Shown here: positions 41,636 to 51,059 of the stretch, in pieces
Position numbering within the stretch: the first letter of the stretch is position 1
How the letters are laid out: each line of letters starts with the position of its first letter
Assembly (NCBI GenBank): GCA_965217895.1
Contig: CBDCJV010000002.1
Location: 1,152,001-1,216,000, forward strand
Direction: 5' to 3'
DNA length: 64,000 bases
DNA from: Waterburya sp.
GTDB lineage: Bacteria; Cyanobacteriota; Cyanobacteriia; Cyanobacteriales; Xenococcaceae
The notes under the pieces: model-generated
The model's input: the letters and a program-made list of their open reading frames with translations, nothing else
Databases searched by the model: none
Told to the model about the DNA's origin: nothing
Program-made: the position numbers and the translations under genes

Positions 41636-44629
41636 TTACACATACTTAAAGCTGCTGCTATTAAGATTAAGAGCTTCATTGCCCATAACTAGACCAATTA
41701 TTTCTCTGTTAGCAGTAAAGATACCTGTGCTAACACCAAATAGTTCCCCCGCACCAAGAGATACTCCATAATTAAATCTTCTGAGGAAATAGCCTTTAGA
41801 ATTACCGTGAAGCTGAATTTTATCTTCGTTCTTCTTGAAATCCTCAATTATGGCGATATCTAAAACATTATTCCTAACACCGAAGTTATAATATGCTGTT
41901 TTGGCATCACCTAAAACAAAGGTATCTTGACCAGCACCTCCTAGAAGACGATCTATCTGTAAACTTCCTGGGGTCTTGCTTGTGGGATCGACACCAATTA
42001 GTATGTCGTTACCCGCACCACCATTAAGGCGATCGCTCCCTAAACCACCAACTAAGAGATCTTGTCCTGCCGAGCCGACAATTACATCGTTACCAGTAGT
42101 AGCAGCTAAAATGCGCGCATTATGTTGACTAATAGTATTAAAAGCCATTTTTACAGTGCTACCGTTAATATTGAAACTATCCGCGCCAATAATGCTGACT
42201 AGACCAGGATTAGCAACTTCTACGGTTACTTTTCCTTCACCAGAGAAGGTATAGTCTAAGTTTGTACCATTACCATTAAGAGCTTCTAATTTGGCACGTT
42301 GAGGTAGTTTAGAGATGTGAGTTACTTTGTCTTGAGTAGTACCCACGTTAATCGTAAATTTGCCACCATTAGAAGGTAAGAAAACAGTATTATTATCGTA
42401 GGCGTACCAGTTGTTGACGCTTTTAATTACGCCACTACCAGTAAGGTCGAGACCAAAATTACCAACGTTAGATGCTTTTACTTCAGCAGTAATAGTATTA
42501 CCTGAAGTTTCCACAAATAGTTGTGACTGCTTAAAGGCTTTGATGCGCTGACTAGCATCGTCAAGGGTCGCAAATTCTGCTCCTTGGTTATAAGCCTCTT
42601 GGATTACAGAAGTATATAATTCCTTGGTATATCCGTTATTGCCAAAGTTGGTAGGACCATAATCATGCCAAGGCATAACTACAATAGGCTTATTGCTATG
42701 ACTAGTGACTTCATTGTATTGTCTAATCCATTCAGTCTGAGCTTGTGCTGCTGTAAGGGGTTGAGGCACAAAGCCGCCATTACCATCAGAAACAGGAATA
42801 CCAAACTCAATTAGGGTGAAGTCAAACCACAAGTTAGGGGCAAAATAAACTGACTCTTGACCAGGCTTTAAGAAACCGACTGCACTAGGATATCCTGCGC
42901 CGACAGCGGTAGCACCACCAGAGATGTAGTCAAAGTATTGAGCAATTTCTAGAGAAGTTGGTAGTTTTTCGGGCGCACCAGGTACAGCAGCACCAGATAC
43001 CTTAATCCCTAATTGCTGTTCAATGACTTCCTTGGATTGGTTAAATTCAAACTCTAGCTGGGCAGGAGTAGCAAGATTAGTATTACTTGCAGGATTGTAG
43101 CCTGCATAGTCTTCTAAATGAGTATAGGAGTGAGTGCCAATCTCATTACCCGCTGCTAATAATTTATCGTAATATGATTTAGAAATAGTCCAGTCTGTGT
43201 ATTCTCCAGTTTGAGGACTATTACCAACGTTAATATAGTATGAACCCACAAAATTAAAGTCAGTCTTCCATTGGTCTAAAATAGGCAATAATTGGTCATA
43301 AATCCCAGGTTTCCCGTCAGTAGGACGAACATTATCAAATTCCTGAGATTGATCCATGTCGTTGCGAGACAAGAACAAGGATTGATTCCGAGTCATGCTG
43401 AGGCTAACGCTGGGTTGATTATCAAAGATAGACCAGCGCACTGCTTCCCATGCCAGATTATTGTCTCCTAAATAGCTAGTAGTAGCAAAGTGGACGTTAC
43501 GACCGCCAGTTTGAGTGGCAACTACAGCATCATAAGTCTGACCATTAACAGTTTGATTGACTAGAGTGTTAGTTGTTCCATCGGCATAGGCTTCGTAGGC
43601 TGCATAGCCAATGGGATTTTGGTAGTTGCGAATAACTTCTCCCTCGCTATAACCTTTAACTACAGGTTGGGTTACATCTTGAGCAGTCAAGGATACGCTG
43701 CCACTCCCGAAAGCTTTTGGCTGTAAACCAAGTAAAGTTTTCATCCGAGCATAGGGATCTCCTGTTAGTAAATCGCCAGTTTCGCTATTGGTAATAAAAT
43801 CACCCGCAGCAACAATACCAATGTTGTATTTGTATACAGCGTCAGTTAATGTATCTTGGATTTGCTGCACGTCAGCTTGTTTAACGTTGCGAATGCCAGG
43901 AAAGATAAGGCTGTCATAGTTTACAAGTTTGTTAATGTCTTTTAGATCATCTTCTGTCAACAGGTCGAAAGGAACTCCTGACATCATTACTTCTTGCTGG
44001 ACAGACATGAAAAGCTGAGAATATGCCGTTTGATTGGTGGCAACATCAGGTAGTCCAAAGAATTGATCGGCAGTAGTTTGAGAGAAAACAATACCTACTT
44101 TTTTGCTAATGTCTGTTCTAGTAGGCAGATTTTTGTCAGCAAAAATAGTGTAGCTTTGCGCGCCGTAGTTTCCTGGTAAAAATACTTGGTTATTAACATC
44201 AATAGCAACATCAAGCGATTGAGCTAAATTGCCTACCTGAGACACTGGAACAGCAAATTCAATAATCTGCTGAGTATCATTATAGGCATGGTTTAAAGCT
44301 CCACCAATAAAGTTTTGTCCTGCTGCACCAGTATAGAGGTAAGGCTGATTGTCAGTGAAGAAGTTGACGTTATATTCCGCGCCGACTGTATTACCAAATA
44401 CTTGATAGCCAGTGTTGATATTTCTATCGGTGTTGAGCCAAACGGTAGTGCCAGCAGCGATCGCCATACTATCGGATTTGAGCGCAAAAAGATAGTTATC
44501 TCCTGCTAGTTTGCCGTATACTTCATAGCCTGCTTGACCCGTACCTAGAAGAAAATCTAGTCTGTCGTTAACGCTCCAGTCAGATAAATCGCCATCAAGA
44601 GTAATATTACCAAAAGTAAGATTTGCCAT
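41636..44629 (-). CDS. Large polysaccharide deacetylase-like protein with C-terminal RTX Ca-binding repeats
   Basis: N-terminal LDGDLSDW sugar-binding-like domain; NodB-like SRNDMD, EIGTHSYTH, PWHDY; GGxGxD repeats; no Sec signal peptide. Confidence 0.7.
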   Translation of the reverse strand: MANLTFGNITLDGDLSDWSVNDRLDFLLGTGQAGYEVYGKLAGDNYLFALKSDSMAIAAGTTVWLNTDRNINTGYQVFGNTVGAEYNVNFFTDNQPYLYTGAAGQNFIGGALNHAYNDTQQIIEFAVPVSQVGNLAQSLDVAIDVNNQVFLPGNYGAQSYTIFADKNLPTRTDISKKVGIVFSQTTADQFFGLPDVATNQTAYSQLFMSVQQEVMMSGVPFDLLTEDDLKDINKLVNYDSLIFPGIRNVKQADVQQIQDTLTDAVYKYNIGIVAAGDFITNSETGDLLTGDPYARMKTLLGLQPKAFGSGSVSLTAQDVTQPVVKGYSEGEVIRNYQNPIGYAAYEAYADGTTNTLVNQTVNGQTYDAVVATQTGGRNVHFATTSYLGDNNLAWEAVRWSIFDNQPSVSLSMTRNQSLFLSRNDMDQSQEFDNVRPTDGKPGIYDQLLPILDQWKTDFNFVGSYYINVGNSPQTGEYTDWTISKSYYDKLLAAGNEIGTHSYTHLEDYAGYNPASNTNLATPAQLEFEFNQSKEVIEQQLGIKVSGAAVPGAPEKLPTSLEIAQYFDYISGGATAVGAGYPSAVGFLKPGQESVYFAPNLWFDFTLIEFGIPVSDGNGGFVPQPLTAAQAQTEWIRQYNEVTSHSNKPIVVMPWHDYGPTNFGNNGYTKELYTSVIQEAYNQGAEFATLDDASQRIKAFKQSQLFVETSGNTITAEVKASNVGNFGLDLTGSGVIKSVNNWYAYDNNTVFLPSNGGKFTINVGTTQDKVTHISKLPQRAKLEALNGNGTNLDYTFSGEGKVTVEVANPGLVSIIGADSFNINGSTVKMAFNTISQHNARILAATTGNDVIVGSAGQDLLVGGLGSDRLNGGAGNDILIGVDPTSKTPGSLQIDRLLGGAGQDTFVLGDAKTAYYNFGVRNNVLDIAIIEDFKKNEDKIQLHGNSKGYFLRRFNYGVSLGAGELFGVSTGIFTANREIIGLVMGNEALNLNSSSFKYV

Positions 44630-44689
44630 TGTTTTAATTAAGGTTGAATAAAAATTAGTAAATAAGTTATGTTGTTTATTAATAAATTC

Positions 44690-45691
44690 TTAGAAGGCTA
44701 GAGCTAGAGGCTTAACGAGCTTCTTTTGCTCCCAAGCATAGGCAGTGCTTAAAATAATTTCTAAGTCGTTGTATTTAGGCTGCCAACCTAGGACTTGGCG
44801 AATGCGATCGCCACTAGAAATTACACAGGCTGGATCTCCCGCTCGTCTAGGAGACTCAACTACAGGAAAGTCTATATCCGTAATTTCTTTGAGTTTATTT
44901 AGCACTTCTCTGACGCTATAGCCTTGACCATAACCACAGTTGAGTATTTCGCTCTCTCCACCGTTATTTAAATAGCTCAACGCATCTATATGTGCCGCTG
45001 CTAAATCTTCGACGTGGATATAATCGCGGATTCCTGTACCATCAGGAGTATCAAAATCTGTACCAAATATACCCGCCGCAGGAATGTTACCCAAGGCTGC
45101 ATCACAAGCAACTCTCATTAAATGGCTGGCTTTGGGAGCAGATTGACCAATTCTACCCATCAGATCTGCACCAGCTACATTAAAGTAGCGTAGAATCACG
45201 TATTTAAAATCAGAACTAAATCCATAGTCGCGAATCATGCGTTCGCTCATTAATTTTGACCAACCATAAGGATTAATTGGGTCAGTAGGACAAGCTTCAC
45301 TTACGGGATTTTCGTCAGGTTCTCCGTAAACAGCAGCCGTACTAGAAAAAACAAATTTATTGACTCCAAACTTTTGACAGCAATGAAGTAAATTTAAAGT
45401 GTTGCGAGTATTGTTAGTGTAATACTCTAAAGGATTAGCAACAGATTCAGGGACAGAAATACTGGCAGCAAAATGTAATACTGCATCAAAATTATATTGA
45501 GCAAATGCCATTTCTAAAGCCAAATTATCTGCTAAATCACCAATATATAAACTGCCGTTAAATAAAGCTTTGGCTGAACCAGTAGACAGATTATCGTAGA
45601 CAATTACTTCATATCCAGCATCACCTAGCTGACATACTGTGTGTGAGCCAATATATCCTGCTCCACCTGTAACCAAAATTTTCTTACTCAT
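44690..45691 (-). CDS. galE: UDP-glucose 4-epimerase
   Basis: GGAGYIGSH, FSSTAAVYG, YGWSK, LRYFNVAGA, DGTGIRDYIHV. Confidence 0.93.
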   Translation of the reverse strand: MSKKILVTGGAGYIGSHTVCQLGDAGYEVIVYDNLSTGSAKALFNGSLYIGDLADNLALEMAFAQYNFDAVLHFAASISVPESVANPLEYYTNNTRNTLNLLHCCQKFGVNKFVFSSTAAVYGEPDENPVSEACPTDPINPYGWSKLMSERMIRDYGFSSDFKYVILRYFNVAGADLMGRIGQSAPKASHLMRVACDAALGNIPAAGIFGTDFDTPDGTGIRDYIHVEDLAAAHIDALSYLNNGGESEILNCGYGQGYSVREVLNKLKEITDIDFPVVESPRRAGDPACVISSGDRIRQVLGWQPKYNDLEIILSTAYAWEQKKLVKPLALAF

Positions 45692-45927
45692 TAAATTCTC
45701 TTAGTCAGTTTTACTTAGTTTTTTTTATTATGTCCGTATTACTAAGAAAACAGGTGAAGTATTAATGAATTTTAGATAAAAAGAACGCAAAGCTTTTGTT
45801 TTTTAAACATTGGCTAGAAGAAAAAACCATAACTAATAACAAATCACAGCAAAATCAGAATAATTGTTTTATATATTGGAATAATAATAATGTTCAATAA
45901 TTTTTGAGCCACTAGCTTCTAGATATC

Positions 45928-47697
45928 ATGCTGTTAAACAAACAAACTCTAATTATTGATTTGATAAATGCTTTTTGGATTACAGGGGTTTTTATAGCTT
46001 TATTTATCTGGCTACCTTTAAAAAGCTCTCATATTGCTGCTACAAAACAGACAAATTTCCCGATAGTAGGCTTTTATTTACGCACGTCTTTGATGGCGAT
46101 CGCAGGAGCTTTATGCCTAAGCTATTTACATTTATTAAATTGGCTAACTCTGGTTTTACTATACATTGTCTATTTGATAATTAATTACTTAGAAAGATGT
46201 AATTGGCAGTTAGAAAGCTGTCAGCAAATAGCTCAAGATAAAGTATTTAATTTAATAGATATTTTTGATCGAGGAGTATCTTTTAGATATTTAATTAAAG
46301 GTATATATGATAATTGTCAGCAGCTAAACCAAAGATCTAGTGACTACCTAACAAATTTAATAATTAAGCAAGGAATAGGATTTATAGCAATATTAATCAT
46401 AATTTTGGCATTTACCCTATTGCTTAGATGGGAACATCCTTTATTAGAACTACGCTTTAGCCGTCCAGAAAGCTATGGCGATTTATTGTTAACTCGGCAA
46501 ATCTTAAGACAATATCCAGAAACCAGTTATTTACCTGTATTTCCTGCTTTAGCAGCAATGCTGTCTTTGCTTGGTTCAATAGACGCAATGCAGGTTATTC
46601 GTTTTCTTAGTCCGATTTTAGGATTAATTATAGTTTTAGGCGTTGGCTATTTAGTGCGCGTTTTAACTGATAATGTCTCCTCAGCTTTGGCGAGTATGTT
46701 TGCTTTAGGAGCATATCTATTTACCTGGAAAGTAGTTAACCCAGAATCATCTGCATGGCTAACAAAAATGGTAGATAGTTTAAATAGCTCTCTAGTTAGA
46801 CAGTGGACAGGTAATGAATTAGAACTAGGTGTAATCTTTGTTCTACTAGGTTTGGGATATTGTTTTGATGCCAGCCAACAGCAGCGAAAAACTGCCGTTT
46901 TTAAGCTCAATTTCGTCTGTAGCATTATCTTAGTCGGAATGTCTGCTCCACCACTGTTAATCTTAATGGCGATCGCATCTATCGGCTTGCTCGGTGGTAA
47001 AAAAGTGGCATTAGCAGCAATTACCTCGACCTGGATTATTTTAGCTTTTTTTGCTGTTCTAGCTCAGGGAGAGCTTTTGTGGACTCAAAGTTTTCTTCTG
47101 ACTCTACCTGTTGCCCTTAGTTTGTCAACAGGACTATTATTTAACCAAATTACTGAGACTGGCAAATTATTATCAGCAAAATGGGCAGAAACTTTTTGTC
47201 TGGCTTTAGTTTTGGCTTTAGCTTTTAACTTTCTGCTGCCGTTAACACCTAAACTGACCTATGTAGAATACGAGATTACGGCTCGTAAAACCCTAGAGAT
47301 TAAAGAGCTTTTACCTCGCAATAGCTGGACTCTGGCTGCACCAGTAGAACAACTAGCAGAAATATATGGCTCTGGCTGGTATGAAGACTTGGCTTTATTT
47401 GTCGAAAAATATGCAGAGCAAGCTAATCAGCCAGAATTTAACTTTCCCGTAGGCGAAACAGATCTTTTTATATTTGTCGAAAAAATCCCCTTTATTACTT
47501 TTGGTGAGCAGCTATCTACCCTGCCTAATTCAATTTTAGGCGATCGCACCTACGGTCATTATCGCTCCGCTTCAGGACGAGCTAGCCTAGAGTTTGAGGC
47601 GTTGCAAATGTGCGAAGCATATCGCCAAAATCACCCAAAGAGTGAAGTTTATTTTGAAAATAATGAGCTGAGGATATATCGTTTTCTACCAGTCTAA
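45928..47697 (+). CDS. Multi-TM hypothetical protein, possibly a GT-C-like glycan modifier
   Basis: About 12 hydrophobic segments plus a soluble C-terminal domain; divergent from galE. Confidence 0.55.
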   Translation: MLLNKQTLIIDLINAFWITGVFIALFIWLPLKSSHIAATKQTNFPIVGFYLRTSLMAIAGALCLSYLHLLNWLTLVLLYIVYLIINYLERCNWQLESCQQIAQDKVFNLIDIFDRGVSFRYLIKGIYDNCQQLNQRSSDYLTNLIIKQGIGFIAILIIILAFTLLLRWEHPLLELRFSRPESYGDLLLTRQILRQYPETSYLPVFPALAAMLSLLGSIDAMQVIRFLSPILGLIIVLGVGYLVRVLTDNVSSALASMFALGAYLFTWKVVNPESSAWLTKMVDSLNSSLVRQWTGNELELGVIFVLLGLGYCFDASQQQRKTAVFKLNFVCSIILVGMSAPPLLILMAIASIGLLGGKKVALAAITSTWIILAFFAVLAQGELLWTQSFLLTLPVALSLSTGLLFNQITETGKLLSAKWAETFCLALVLALAFNFLLPLTPKLTYVEYEITARKTLEIKELLPRNSWTLAAPVEQLAEIYGSGWYEDLALFVEKYAEQANQPEFNFPVGETDLFIFVEKIPFITFGEQLSTLPNSILGDRTYGHYRSASGRASLEFEALQMCEAYRQNHPKSEVYFENNELRIYRFLPV

Positions 47698-47706
47698 GTA
47701 CTAACG

Positions 47707-47775
47707 GGCATTGCTGATTTAAGTAATGACGTACAATGTATTTCGGTTCATAGCTCTCAGCTATTAGCTTTTGAA
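47707..47775 (+). mobile_element. Left end of GGCGTTGCTGA-family MITE immediately upstream of Argonaute
   Basis: GGCATTGCTGATTTAAGTAATGACGTACAA..TTCATAGCTCTCAGCTATTAGCTTT aligns to 62237-62315. Confidence 0.7.
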
Positions 47776-47805
47776 TCGTTAGCTAACTAATTTATTGGAA
47801 AATAA

Positions 47806-49944
47806 ATGAGCAAAAATACTTTTAAAGTTTTTCTGAATAGATTTCCTGTCAAACAACTGAGCGATCGCGAAAAAACCGTACAAGTTTATAGTTATACATT
47901 CAATCCATCTCCAGAACCAGGAAAAGAATATTCGGCAATCAATAAAATACCTTGGAAAATAAGAACGCCAGGAGTAAAATTAAAGTCCACAATTATTACT
48001 AAGCAATTGATATCAGATGAATGTTTGAAACAAGATAATTGGACACTGAATTATACAGGAACGCAATTATTAAATTTAGATAATTCTAATGAGAGAGAAG
48101 CTTTAGAAAAATTAGAAAGAAAATGGTTAGAACGGGAGTTAAGATACAAACTTTCTAGAAACAGGGTCGATCGCGCTTTGGGAGGGGGATTTATTTGGTG
48201 GGATGCTAATAACATTATTTTGCAAGATTTAGGTTGGGAAGTTCATACAGGAGTTCGCTTAGATGTCGAGCTTCATTATTCAGGAGTTATCTTTATCGAA
48301 ATCGATCTTCATCATCGTTTTTGCAGTTCTTGGACACTAGAACAATGGCTGCAAGATTATAAAGATATACCAATTAATTGGGTTCGCAATACTTATGACG
48401 ATCGCTCTTGGAAATTTATTCGTATCAGTGATGAAAAGCCAGAAACTACGATGATTCCTAATTTGGGAAGTTTGGCTGATTATCATCGAAACCTAGATAA
48501 AAATAAGGCGACAGAAAAGGAAATTAAAGATGCTCATGTTGTATATGTTAGTAGTAAAGGAAAAGAATTAACCCATCTTTCTACAAGACTTAGACCTAGT
48601 ATAACGATGGAAATTCTAAGTCAATTACAAGATCGAGATTCGACTGAAGCAGCCAAAGTATTTAAACAAGTAAAGAAAACTATTCAGCAACGTTTTGATA
48701 AATCAAATAACACCGCGCAATGGTTAAGTAAAAATATTTATAGTTCAGATCGGACAACTAAGCCTCAAATAACTGAGGGAAGTATTCTGAGAAATAAATC
48801 TCCTCTATTGTTAACTAAATCTAAAAAAGTTTACCGATCGATAAATAGTTTGGATGAAGGTTGTTTTAGTACGGGAGAACAACAATTTGGTTGTTTGGAC
48901 TTAACAGGAAATGGTAATTGGTCGAAATTTATTCAAAGCAAACTAGAATCTGTTGCTCAAAAAAGCGGTATAGACATTTTATTAGAAGCAGCACAGAAAA
49001 AAAGCGATTTACCCGATAGTATATTTACCCGCAAACAATTTTGGCATGATTGGGCAGATCGAGGTACTCAAACTATTTTAGTGATTAGTAACTGGTTACA
49101 AAATACCGAGAAAGCGCAATTACAAAAAGAAGCTTTAGATGCCAACATTGCCCTTCAGTTCATGCAGCCAATGTTAAGAGAAGAAAAATATCGAATAGCT
49201 AATGTCATTTTGGGCTTGTTACTCAAAGCAAAATGGCAACCAGTTGGATTAGAACCTCTACAGGATGAATATGCAGCCGAAATAGTTATTGGTTTTGATG
49301 CAGGAACAAATAGAAATCTTTATTATGGAACGAGTGCTTTTGCCATTTTAGCTAACGGACAAAGCTTAGGTTGGGAACTTCCAGAAGCACAGCCAGGAGA
49401 AAAAATAAGTTCAGAAGCAATTATACGTACTGTTACTAATATCGTCACCAGATTTCAAAGAATAGAAAATAGACTTCCTCGTCGTATATTAATGCTTCGA
49501 GATGGCATCGTCCAATGCGAAGAATTTGATGATGTAGTAGCAGCTTTATTAGATGATAAAATTGCAGTCGATCTTTTGGGTGTCAGAAAAAGTGGTGCGG
49601 GAAGAATGGCTGTTAAAAATGAATATGGAGAGTTTATTGATGCTTCACCAGGAACAGCAATACTTTCTACTGATGATAAAACTTTTCGTATTGTAACTTC
49701 TGAAGCAAAAGCAGGAGGAAGCGCACGCCCTTTAAAAGCAGTTAGAGATTTCGGTGATGCACCTTTAGAAATATTAGCCAAACAAGTTGATCGCCTGAGT
49801 ATGCTTAATCCAGCTAGTGCCTACGCTTATAGTCGTTTACCCTATGTCATTCACTTTGCTGACAAAATGGCTAAAAGTGTTCAACGTATTGGTGAAGTAG
49901 GTATTTTACATGGAGTAGATCGGCAGAAAATTTTCTTTGTTTAA
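47806..49944 (+). CDS. ago: Long prokaryotic Argonaute (N-PAZ-MID-PIWI) with intact DEDD tetrad
   Basis: ALQFM, NVILGLLLKAKWQP (MID); IGFDAG, ELPEAQPGE, LMLRDG, VRKSGAGR, SRLPYVIHFADK (PIWI); resembles cyanobacterial SeAgo-type proteins. Confidence 0.92.
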   Translation: MSKNTFKVFLNRFPVKQLSDREKTVQVYSYTFNPSPEPGKEYSAINKIPWKIRTPGVKLKSTIITKQLISDECLKQDNWTLNYTGTQLLNLDNSNEREALEKLERKWLERELRYKLSRNRVDRALGGGFIWWDANNIILQDLGWEVHTGVRLDVELHYSGVIFIEIDLHHRFCSSWTLEQWLQDYKDIPINWVRNTYDDRSWKFIRISDEKPETTMIPNLGSLADYHRNLDKNKATEKEIKDAHVVYVSSKGKELTHLSTRLRPSITMEILSQLQDRDSTEAAKVFKQVKKTIQQRFDKSNNTAQWLSKNIYSSDRTTKPQITEGSILRNKSPLLLTKSKKVYRSINSLDEGCFSTGEQQFGCLDLTGNGNWSKFIQSKLESVAQKSGIDILLEAAQKKSDLPDSIFTRKQFWHDWADRGTQTILVISNWLQNTEKAQLQKEALDANIALQFMQPMLREEKYRIANVILGLLLKAKWQPVGLEPLQDEYAAEIVIGFDAGTNRNLYYGTSAFAILANGQSLGWELPEAQPGEKISSEAIIRTVTNIVTRFQRIENRLPRRILMLRDGIVQCEEFDDVVAALLDDKIAVDLLGVRKSGAGRMAVKNEYGEFIDASPGTAILSTDDKTFRIVTSEAKAGGSARPLKAVRDFGDAPLEILAKQVDRLSMLNPASAYAYSRLPYVIHFADKMAKSVQRIGEVGILHGVDRQKIFFV

Positions 49945-49967
49945 ATTAAATTCAGCAACTACTAATA

Positions 49968-50086
49968 TAAGTGGGTAGGTGTAATTAAATATAAAATGGA
50001 TTTGATAGAGGTCAGAGGTCAGAAGTCAGAGGTCAGGGCAAAAAGTTAATGTTGGTATCTTATAAATGATTTCGCCCACCTACTTA
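49968..50086. mobile_element. MITE with TAAGTGGGTAGG../..CCCACCTACTTA ends and internal AGAGGTC heptamers
   Basis: Imperfect TIRs; inverted homologue at 63475-63819. Confidence 0.75.
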
Positions 50087-50135
50087 CTTAATAAAAAATG
50101 TACTTAAAACAACGTAAATATATTCCTTTTTAGCT

Positions 50136-50570
50136 ATGAATAATCAACTAGAAAAACTTTATCATCGGGATTTAAATCTTTGGCGCAAAGAGATTGTAAA
50201 TGCCATTCATAATAGAGAACTTAAAAATATGGATTGGGATAATCTAATTGAAGAAATTAACGATATGGGAGCGAGTGAAAGACGTGCCTTGAGAAGTTAT
50301 ACCAAAAGATTAATCGAACATATATTTAAACTTAAATACTGGAAAAGCGAAAGGGGATACAACCAGCGAGGTTGGAAAAAAGAAGTAGTTAATTTTCGTG
50401 AGGAAATTAAAAGTATTTTGGAAGAGTCTCCCAGTTTGAATAATTACTTACAGCAAAATTATTTGGATTGGTATCAGAAATCAATAAAGGCAATGCGAGA
50501 AGAGTTTGCTATTCCTGATGATAATTTTGTGAAGCTAGAAACAATGATGACGGATGGTTATTTTGGGTAA
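50136..50570 (+). CDS. DUF29 family protein
   Basis: LYHRDLNLW, DWDNLIEEINDMG.SE, LIEHIFKLKYW, SPSL. Confidence 0.88.
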   Translation: MNNQLEKLYHRDLNLWRKEIVNAIHNRELKNMDWDNLIEEINDMGASERRALRSYTKRLIEHIFKLKYWKSERGYNQRGWKKEVVNFREEIKSILEESPSLNNYLQQNYLDWYQKSIKAMREEFAIPDDNFVKLETMMTDGYFG

Positions 50571-50641
50571 TTTGCTAGTCAACCTGTTATTCTAAATATC
50601 AGAATATTGCTTCTTTATACATTTAAAGCAGTACCTAAATT

Positions 50642-51037
50642 ATGAAACTTCAAGGAGAGATTAGAACAGGAAAAAATGACTTTTCTTTCTGGATAAAAAA
50701 ATTATCGTCTTATTACACACAAAAGACGGGAATGATTTTCTTTCCAGGTACACTTAATATTCATCTTATCGATCGCAAATATTACTTTCCTAAAGACTGT
50801 ATTAGGCTAGAGAAAGAAGAATACGGAGGAAGGGTTTCAGTTAGCATGATTCCCTGTCAAATTTTGGGCAAAGATGCCTATGTTCTCCGTACCGATAGCG
50901 ATACTGGAAAACATGGCTATTTTCCAGAACAGATTTTAGAGATCGCTACTGATATTAAGCTGCGAGATGAGTTTGGATTAAAGGATGGAGATGTTATTGA
51001 AGTCGAAGTAAATGCAGGGCAAATTTCCGAAGCATAG
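50642..51037 (+). CDS. CTP-dependent riboflavin kinase-like protein (DUF120)
   Basis: G.I.TG start, FPGTLNI, LEIAT..KLRD.FGLKDGDVIEVEV. Confidence 0.75.
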   Translation: MKLQGEIRTGKNDFSFWIKKLSSYYTQKTGMIFFPGTLNIHLIDRKYYFPKDCIRLEKEEYGGRVSVSMIPCQILGKDAYVLRTDSDTGKHGYFPEQILEIATDIKLRDEFGLKDGDVIEVEVNAGQISEA

Positions 51038-51059
51038 TTTAAGAAAACGCTTTTTAAGA

